Below are positions 57,616 through 64,000 of a stretch of DNA of 64,000 bases, piece after piece. This stretch comes from Candidatus Bathyarchaeia archaeon. Lineage in GTDB: Archaea; Thermoproteota; CALKCG01; B24. The translations under genes were made by a program, and so were the position numbers. The notes under the pieces were generated by a model. That model was not told the DNA's origin and searched no databases. It was given only the letters and a program-made list of their open reading frames with translations. The stretch is from the NCBI GenBank assembly GCA_038870975.1, contig JAVZJD010000002.1:544001-608000 (forward strand), read 5' to 3'. Each line of letters begins with the position of its first letter. Within the stretch, counting starts at the first letter, position 1.

Positions 57616-59051
57616 GTGTGCTCAGCCTCTTGCTGAAAGAGGGCAGATTGAAGGCTTTCGGCTATGGTTTTTCCAAGGATGTCTTTCAAAGCCTTAAGTC
57701 CTCCAGCTAAATTACAAATTAAGAGGCTTAGCGACGCTGCCGTTAGGACGTGGGCGTTTAGAGTTATTGTTACAGAGTAGCCTATGATCGTTATGTTTAA
57801 GCCGTTTATGATGTAGACCGTGAGCATGGTTAAACCTAAGCCTGAGGCGACGCCTAAAACGGACGCTTTAAGGAGCGTAGAGACCATTAAACTTAAGGTC
57901 TTCCTCTTAGACGATCCTAAGGCCCTTAAAAGGGCCACGTCTAACTTACAATTGGATACCACGGTGTAAGTTACGTAGTAAGATAAGGTTAGTGTGAAGA
58001 TGGATGTTAATGCGGATAACATCTTTAAAGTATCTTCAGTAAGACCCAGCTCGCTTTCGAAGAGTCTTTTGACGAGCTCTTCGGCTCTTCCAGCCGATAG
58101 TTCAGACATTTTAAAAAGCATTTTAGTATCAGCAGTCCGTAAACTGAGCTGCTCAGGGCTGGCTTCAGCGAATTCAGGGTTTAGCTTAACGTCGATTTTC
58201 AAGCTACCTGACACTGTGACTCTATAGTCTCCTTGAACCCTCCTACCTCCAAGGTAAAACTCAACGTCGTAAGACCCCGGTGGAAGCCTTAAATACGCTA
58301 TACCCCATTTATCGGTTAATGCTTTGACGGATACCATATCTTTAACCCGAATTTCAACGTGTTCAGCTTTAGTTCCGTTGGGAAACGTTACTTCAAACTT
58401 CACTACTTCACCCTCGGCTATGACGCCTTTAAATCCTTCTGGAGATAATAGACTTAAATTCGTACTAACCCTAACTATTGTCAGCTCTTCATTTTTAAGT
58501 CCTCTGAGCCACCTAGCCACATCCGTGAGTACTATGATTTCATCGTCTATGTAGCTGTCTGTAGATATGACGCCTACCACGTCTAACGTAACCCATACAT
58601 CTCTCAGTACGCTCAGAACGGTTACTCTTTCCCCCAAGTGCAGGTTAAGCCTCTTCATGGCTCTAACTCCTAGAACCACCTTATGGAAATCGTATGGCTC
58701 TAGCATACGGCCCTCCACTACTTCAAACTCTTCAAAGCTGGAGAATAGGTTTGGATCAACGCCCCTAGCCATCAACATCCTACCGTTTATAACGCAGGGA
58801 GCTAAGACCTCAGGACTTAAACTCTCAACTCTTAAAACGTTCTTCAGAAAGTCCACAACCTCATAACGTATTACGCTTGTAATTGGGGTTCTAGCTTTCT
58901 TATCCCATACGATCAGCCCGCCTCCGCTTAAACCGTGTACTAAAGCGTCGTACGCTGATAGGAAGAGTTGAAACGTTAGAGTAAACGATGTGCAGGTTAT
59001 GGATGTAACGAGCACTATGAGTATGAGCCTCCTCCATGGAATTACTTTCAT
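57612..59051 (-). CDS. FtsX/MacB-like ABC permease with a prealbumin-like beta insert
   Basis: RGVD, GRML, VVG extracytoplasmic motifs; TD.WG.A...LPPGSY insert; LRALG. Confidence 0.75.
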   Translation of the reverse strand: MKVIPWRRLILIVLVTSITCTSFTLTFQLFLSAYDALVHGLSGGGLIVWDKKARTPITSVIRYEVVDFLKNVLRVESLSPEVLAPCVINGRMLMARGVDPNLFSSFEEFEVVEGRMLEPYDFHKVVLGVRAMKRLNLHLGERVTVLSVLRDVWVTLDVVGVISTDSYIDDEIIVLTDVARWLRGLKNEELTIVRVSTNLSLLSPEGFKGVIAEGEVVKFEVTFPNGTKAEHVEIRVKDMVSVKALTDKWGIAYLRLPPGSYDVEFYLGGRRVQGDYRVTVSGSLKIDVKLNPEFAEASPEQLSLRTADTKMLFKMSELSAGRAEELVKRLFESELGLTEDTLKMLSALTSIFTLTLSYYVTYTVVSNCKLDVALLRALGSSKRKTLSLMVSTLLKASVLGVASGLGLTMLTVYIINGLNITIIGYSVTITLNAHVLTAASLSLLICNLAGGLKALKDILGKTIAESLQSALFQQEAEHT

Positions 59052-59055
59052 GAGT

Positions 59056-60171
59056 TCACCTTACGTATAGGGCTATGGGTCTTTTCAGGATCTTAGCAAT
59101 CGCTACTAATCCTCCGAACGTGGTAGATGCGATGACGTAAGCAGACGTTTTAAGTATCAGTTCGACTGTATAAAGCGGCCTCACGCCAACCTCTAATAGG
59201 CCTGCGATTTTCAAAAACATACAGGCCACGTAAACACCTGAAACTCCTAAAGCTAAGCCTAAAGTCAAACCGAGAATGCAGATTAAAAGTAGCTCGTAAA
59301 CTATAAGCTTTACGACTGACTTCTTAGATAACCCTAAAGCCCTTAAAAGAGTACACTCCCACTTAGACTCCTCTATAAGCCTCAACCCCAGTACGTACGC
59401 CGTTGTGAGGATTAGCACGCAGATGATAACCCTCCAAACGTCTATTAGCCTATATGTCTGCTCAGCTAAGTCGTTTAAGGCGGGTCGTAAACCAGAGCCG
59501 TATAAGACTTTAAGTCCTTTAACCTCAAAATTTTCAAAGCCTACGTAGTCGTAGGGTTTTTTGACGAGGATTCTTATGAGGCTTATCTTACCCTTCAACT
59601 CTGGCCACAACATCCATGCTTTTTCCAAACCCATTAAAACCTCTCCGTCTAGAGGCGTTTGCGTTTTAAAAACCCCCTTCACGGAGAATCTAAGGGGTTC
59701 ATTTTCAGAGGTAAACCATACAGTGCACCCTTGGGATAAGTTGAGTGCATCGGCTAGCACACGGCCCATGTACACTACGTAGTCATCATTAAGCCCCTTG
59801 ACCTCAATACCCGCCATCTTTGAAAAGACTTCGGGTTCTACGCACCTAATTCGAGTCTCCACGCTTTTATTACCTAATGTGACTATGCTATTTATTAGAA
59901 GCTCCGGTGAAATTATTGCGACATCTGCGTTTAAAGGAACGCCCTCTAAAGTACTGTAGTCCATGAGTTCTCCGCTCGATGTAATGAGTATGAAGTTTGA
60001 ACGTAAGTTCAGTCCAATGTATTCAACGGTCTTGACGACTTTATCCACGTAAGCGTTTGCTATAGCTCCAACGGCCGTGAGCTCCGCTACGAGGATTGTT
60101 ATGATCAGTAGTGCCAGTACTACATGGCCGTTTTTACTCAATATTGCTTTGAAGGCCAGTGGAACTAGCAA
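59056..60171 (-). CDS. FtsX/MacB-like ABC permease
   Basis: TM, extracytoplasmic domain, E..LLRALG plus three TMs. Confidence 0.78.
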   Translation of the reverse strand: MLVPLAFKAILSKNGHVVLALLIITILVAELTAVGAIANAYVDKVVKTVEYIGLNLRSNFILITSSGELMDYSTLEGVPLNADVAIISPELLINSIVTLGNKSVETRIRCVEPEVFSKMAGIEVKGLNDDYVVYMGRVLADALNLSQGCTVWFTSENEPLRFSVKGVFKTQTPLDGEVLMGLEKAWMLWPELKGKISLIRILVKKPYDYVGFENFEVKGLKVLYGSGLRPALNDLAEQTYRLIDVWRVIICVLILTTAYVLGLRLIEESKWECTLLRALGLSKKSVVKLIVYELLLICILGLTLGLALGVSGVYVACMFLKIAGLLEVGVRPLYTVELILKTSAYVIASTTFGGLVAIAKILKRPIALYVR

Positions 60172-60214
60172 GCTAAATCCTTATTACTACTGGATAAGCT
60201 ATAATCCATTTGGG

Positions 60215-60892
60215 ATGGGGACTGCCGTCGAAGTTAAGGACGTTTGGAAGAAATACTATAACTCGTATGTATTGAAGGGCGTTGACTTAACGGTTGAAGT
60301 TGGAGAGTTTATTTCCATTAGAGGTAGGTCTGGAGTAGGTAAGTCTACGCTTCTACGTTTAATCGGTCTTCTAGATAAGCCAGATAGGGGATGCGTGAGG
60401 TTGTTTGGGGTGGATACTTCTAGGTTGAGCGATGAAGAAGAGTCGAACCTTAGGCTTAGAAGCATAGGCTTTATTTTTCAATCGTACAACTTAATACCGT
60501 GGCTTACTGTGGTTGAGAACGTCAAGCTCCCCATGGCATTGGCCGGGGTTAGGGAAGGTGAAATGGAGGATAGAGCGCGTAAGCTTCTAAACGTATTCGG
60601 TTTGGAAAAACTCGCCGATAGGTATCCAGGCGAGGTTAGTGGAGGCGAGCAGCAGAGGGTGGCCGTGGTCAGGGCTTTGGCAAACAATCCCAAGCTCATA
60701 CTTGCAGATGAGCCGACCTCCAACCTAGACCCTGAGAATTCTAAGCTTGTGGTGGATATGCTTTTAAAGGCATGCGTAGAATTCAAGGCCTCCGTGGTTA
60801 TGGCGACCACGGACGTATACGAAGAGCTTCCAACAAATAGAGACTACGTTATAGTTGATGGTAAACTTAAGCACTTAAACCTAAAAGTCTGA
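60215..60892 (+). CDS. LolD/MacB-type ABC ATPase
   Basis: GRSGVGKST, IGFIFQ.YNL, SGGEQQR, ILADEPT; start moved to MGTAVEV. Confidence 0.9.
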   Translation: MGTAVEVKDVWKKYYNSYVLKGVDLTVEVGEFISIRGRSGVGKSTLLRLIGLLDKPDRGCVRLFGVDTSRLSDEEESNLRLRSIGFIFQSYNLIPWLTVVENVKLPMALAGVREGEMEDRARKLLNVFGLEKLADRYPGEVSGGEQQRVAVVRALANNPKLILADEPTSNLDPENSKLVVDMLLKACVEFKASVVMATTDVYEELPTNRDYVIVDGKLKHLNLKV

Positions 60893-61763
60893 CTGCTAGA
60901 AAAACCAGTAGGACTATTAAAGCTACTATCACACCCCTTCTGTTGAGCTCGTATGGAAGTTTAGTACGATAGTCTTCCTCCTTGAGCGATCTAAGCATGG
61001 GATGCATCAGGAGGGATGCTAATGGAGTCAAGGGTAAAACCCAGTAAAACCTACGATCTGTAACGCCTAGGGCTACTATGAGTATTAAAGCCGTAGCCAT
61101 GATTATGTTCGCCAGCATAAGGGATGGTTTTTCGCCGAGGAGTGTAACTGTTACTTTATCAGCGCTCTTCAAATCCTTAGCATAATCTCTAACTTCTTGA
61201 ATGAGCTCAGCCACGGCTGAGAATAGCATCGCGATTATCGTTAAGATGAGTCCAGTTGAGTCTAGGTTTCTATAGGTCATGTATCCCATGGCCACGTAAA
61301 GACCTGGTCCAATGGAGTGGTATAATACGTCTAAGGGAGGCTTAGCCTTGGCTCTAATCCCATAGGAGTATGTGAAGGCTCCGAATATCACTACGAGCCC
61401 TATGGGTGTTAAATTCGCTGGTAGCAACATTAGGCTTAGCATAGACGCGGTCAGCAACACCGTAGCTACGATGGATGCAAATTTGACCGTTATTAGACCG
61501 AGGGATATGGGGTTCCTAGGGCTTTCTGAGTGGGAGTCTACGTATCTATCTGATATGTCGTTTACTACAAAGGCTAGAGCTGAGGATGAAGCTATGAAGA
61601 AGACAAGCCATACGGTTTTCAATTCGAGCTGTTCGAACGTAAATAGGCTTCCGAATAAACCAGCCAACGTAAACGCTGGACCGTACTCGTGGAATCTTAA
61701 TAACATTTGAAGTGCTTTAAGGCGATTTACGCCTCTACTTATGGTGTTCTCGACTGGCCCCAT
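60867..61763 (-). CDS. UbiA-family prenyltransferase
   Basis: NDISD..VD....RNP, YS...RAK..P..D, E.RD...D. Confidence 0.85.
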   Translation of the reverse strand: MGPVENTISRGVNRLKALQMLLRFHEYGPAFTLAGLFGSLFTFEQLELKTVWLVFFIASSSALAFVVNDISDRYVDSHSESPRNPISLGLITVKFASIVATVLLTASMLSLMLLPANLTPIGLVVIFGAFTYSYGIRAKAKPPLDVLYHSIGPGLYVAMGYMTYRNLDSTGLILTIIAMLFSAVAELIQEVRDYAKDLKSADKVTVTLLGEKPSLMLANIIMATALILIVALGVTDRRFYWVLPLTPLASLLMHPMLRSLKEEDYRTKLPYELNRRGVIVALIVLLVFLAVRLLGLSA

Positions 61764-63357
61764 AGACTATGTTCTCCCCATCATCGTAAACTCTACTCAG
61801 CGAATTTTCACCGTCTAGTTTAGATATGGTGACTGTTAAGGGTATTGCATAGGCTCCCCCCACGTACCCGTCTACATCCATATACCTATACACCAGTATG
61901 TTCTGCGAGCTCACGGCATTGGAGCCGTATATTAAGGTTAAACAGTCGTAAGGGTTGAAGCTTAAGTTGAGGTATCCGCTCAGTAGGTAGCCGTATTTGA
62001 TGTCCGAGGAAGTAGTAGACCCTTCTGCCATGAAGTATCTAAGCCATAATGCTACGTTTAAGTCTCTGACGTCGTATATGTGGTATGCACCTGAGTATTT
62101 ACCATGTGTAAATAAATAGCTGTACCAGTGGTTTAAGAAGCCTAGCGTGATTAGTATCCACACTATGGATATTGAGAGCTTATACTTGGATCCTCCGACA
62201 GCCTTTAAGAGCTGCTTCAAACCTATGGGGGCTAATATAAATAATGGTGGGTATAGGAAGCTCGGCACGCGGATGATGAATGTCAATGGGCTTTGGGAGG
62301 CGAAGAAGCCGTATAGGAGCAGGCCTAACAGGCTCATAATCCAGCATTTGAGAACTGTAAACTCTTTCGCAGGGGCTGCGTCTCTGATGTTGAACCAGCC
62401 CAATACAGCCATTACGGCTACAGCCATGTATGGTGTTGCCGTGAGAAGCATGTGTATGGGTAGTGTCGGAGCCTCCTCTAAAACTCTTACTCTAACGCCT
62501 ATAAGCGCTAAGGAGACGGCTAACGCCAACACCGTGCATAGGTATATCTTGTCAAAGGAGGACCTGTGCCTCAGAAATGTGAAAACAACAGGGGCCACTG
62601 AAATCGTCTCAAAGGACCAGAGTGCGAGCCAGTCGTTGAAGTCGAGCTTTACAGGTAGACCCTTTAAAGCGTGTAGTTGATAGTATAAGGCTGTTAAGAT
62701 CAGATACGTTATAATGGTTGCTGCAAGTTTACGGTCTAACTGTTTAAATGGTTGGAAGAGGCTCAGGGTTAACGTGAAGCTTAAGCTCGCTAAGAGCAGT
62801 ATGAGTGATGTAAAGTGGTGTGCTAAGAGAAGCGTCGTAAAGCTTAAAATAGATGCTAAGTAAAAGCTCCATCTGCCCTTAAGCAACCCAAGCATCAACA
62901 GCATTAAAGTTGTCAAGTAGAGGGTGTGTGCATAACCCTCCTTCGTAATACCTGATGATATTATAACGTGTGGAGCCATGGAGGCGAAGAGTATGGCTGA
63001 AGCGTAAGCCATCGGAGAACTATTAGAGAACTTCTTCGATAGCGCTAGGAAAATATTTACTCCTAAGGCTGATGCTAGGGGGACTGAGAGGGCTGAGGCT
63101 TGGAAAACTGGCAAACCCGTCAATGCACTTAAGACAACCGTGTAAACCATTACGGTGGGCCAGTACACGTTATAGTTGTCGAAGCCCTCTGAGGGGTTGA
63201 GGTCTATCGGCGTATGTTTAGCTAGGTTTTCTACATTGCGTATTAGGGGCCAAGAATCGGTGTGCGATGGAATACCTGTTGAGAGGTAGGGGTAGAGTCT
63301 TAGGGTTAAGGCTAAGGCGAATATTATGAGGGGTATCAGTATTCTACTCAAAGACAT
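61735..63357 (-). CDS. Polytopic membrane protein, GT-C-superfamily-like
   Basis: LALTLR.YP...TDSW after TM1, Y..WP, KE, HH.T, about 13 TMs, soluble C-terminal domain. Confidence 0.55.
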   Translation of the reverse strand: MSLSRILIPLIIFALALTLRLYPYLSTGIPSHTDSWPLIRNVENLAKHTPIDLNPSEGFDNYNVYWPTVMVYTVVLSALTGLPVFQASALSVPLASALGVNIFLALSKKFSNSSPMAYASAILFASMAPHVIISSGITKEGYAHTLYLTTLMLLMLGLLKGRWSFYLASILSFTTLLLAHHFTSLILLLASLSFTLTLSLFQPFKQLDRKLAATIITYLILTALYYQLHALKGLPVKLDFNDWLALWSFETISVAPVVFTFLRHRSSFDKIYLCTVLALAVSLALIGVRVRVLEEAPTLPIHMLLTATPYMAVAVMAVLGWFNIRDAAPAKEFTVLKCWIMSLLGLLLYGFFASQSPLTFIIRVPSFLYPPLFILAPIGLKQLLKAVGGSKYKLSISIVWILITLGFLNHWYSYLFTHGKYSGAYHIYDVRDLNVALWLRYFMAEGSTTSSDIKYGYLLSGYLNLSFNPYDCLTLIYGSNAVSSQNILVYRYMDVDGYVGGAYAIPLTVTISKLDGENSLSRVYDDGENIVYGASREHHK

Positions 63358-63388
63358 ATTGTTTGATTAAGCCCTAATGCTGTTTTGG

Positions 63389-64000
63389 CTAAAATGCCCT
63401 GCTCAGCTCTTCCACTGCCTCCTCTAAATTCTCCCTCGTCAGGTTCACGTCACCCTCTGATAAAGCCCTACAGGCTTCCACGGCATAGCTCGACGATTTA
63501 GATAGATGGTTTATGGCGTTTAATAAATGGTCACTCATATTGATTGGACCTATGTAGTCGGAGGCGTTTTTAAGCCTCTTAAGGGCTAAATTGGAGTATT
63601 CCTCGGCTTTCTTAAAGTGCTCTTCAGCTTCCGCCATCAGGCTCAGCGACTTCTCGTATTGAAGCACCTCCAAGTATTGGAGGCTTGAGTTTAATTTATC
63701 CACCCCGATTAAGATCTCGCTTCCAGAGGTCGTCAGCTCACCCCCTACCACAGCCATTAGTTTAACCCCGCCCACGGCGGCCTTTATCTGCGGTAGCGTC
63801 CCCTCTGTGATGGGTATTTTTTCAACAACTTTTAATGCCTCTGAAAACTCTAATCCTCCAGTTTTAAAGTCGTCTAGAGCATCTCTTAGGTTGAACCCTC
63901 TCAGCTCATCTGTAGCATTTATAGATGAATCGAAGCCCATGAATATTCTCTTAAGGGCGTCTGCCAATCCCACCAGCTGTGATGGAAGTTTCTCTAAGAC
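63389..64000 (-). CDS. Helical hypothetical protein (5' end outside the window)
   Basis: Frame is open to the window end; amphipathic helical repeats. Confidence 0.6.
   Translation of the reverse strand, partial: VLEKLPSQLVGLADALKRIFMGFDSSINATDELRGFNLRDALDDFKTGGLEFSEALKVVEKIPITEGTLPQIKAAVGGVKLMAVVGGELTTSGSEILIGVDKLNSSLQYLEVLQYEKSLSLMAEAEEHFKKAEEYSNLALKRLKNASDYIGPINMSDHLLNAINHLSKSSSYAVEACRALSEGDVNLTRENLEEAVEELSRAF

Noticed and set aside
1725-62680. Many 60-190 aa ORFs antisense to or overlapping annotated genes (e.g. 4836-5342, 16395-16904, 28779-29357, 34039-34536, 62147-62680)
   Set aside because: Shadow ORFs: Ser/Thr/Pro-rich, without motifs, and lying inside well-supported genes
1-64000. 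CRISPR array, rRNA, intact transposase or provirus
   Set aside because: No regularly spaced repeats, rRNA-like stretches, or transposase/capsid ORFs were found by eye

Overview
Gene-dense chromosomal segment of a TACK/Thermoproteota archaeon. This is inferred from crenarchaeal-type L40e, TFE-beta, a CdvB-like gene and methanofuran genes; the class cannot be fixed from sequence alone. From left to right: (1) the ribosomal block rps19e-PDCD5-rpl39e-rpl31e-eIF6-rpl18a, split by a decayed tyrosine integrase; (2) a decaying sugar-catabolism island (clan GH-A hydrolase, aldolase pseudogene, GH4, 23-codon FGGY kinase stub); (3) alaS, trxA and a disrupted GNAT; (4) a methanofuran cluster (mfnB/E/F/D plus a HisA-like gene) with an orphan ESCRT-III/CdvB-like gene inside it, next to a LysX-like ligase, a divergent AdoMetDC-family protein, homocitrate synthase and LysM; (5) ADP-forming acetyl-CoA synthetase plus a Pta-N protein; (6) rpl40e, tRNA-Val(CAC), srp19, gar1, tfb, TFE-beta, trm1 and egsA; (7) a his operon (hisCGABDEI) lacking hisF/hisH but followed by ggt, facing an AbrB-ACT regulator; (8) a box C/D sRNA whose guide appears complementary to the 16S rRNA 3' end; (9) leuS, an Opp/Dpp transporter, an ECF S component and a YlqF GTPase; (10) a terminal cell-envelope glycoconjugate locus (GH99, processive GT2, MacB/FtsX-type ABC system, UbiA prenyltransferase, GT-C-like membrane protein). 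No CRISPR array, rRNA or intact mobile element was seen. All family assignments come from motif recognition by eye, not from database searches.
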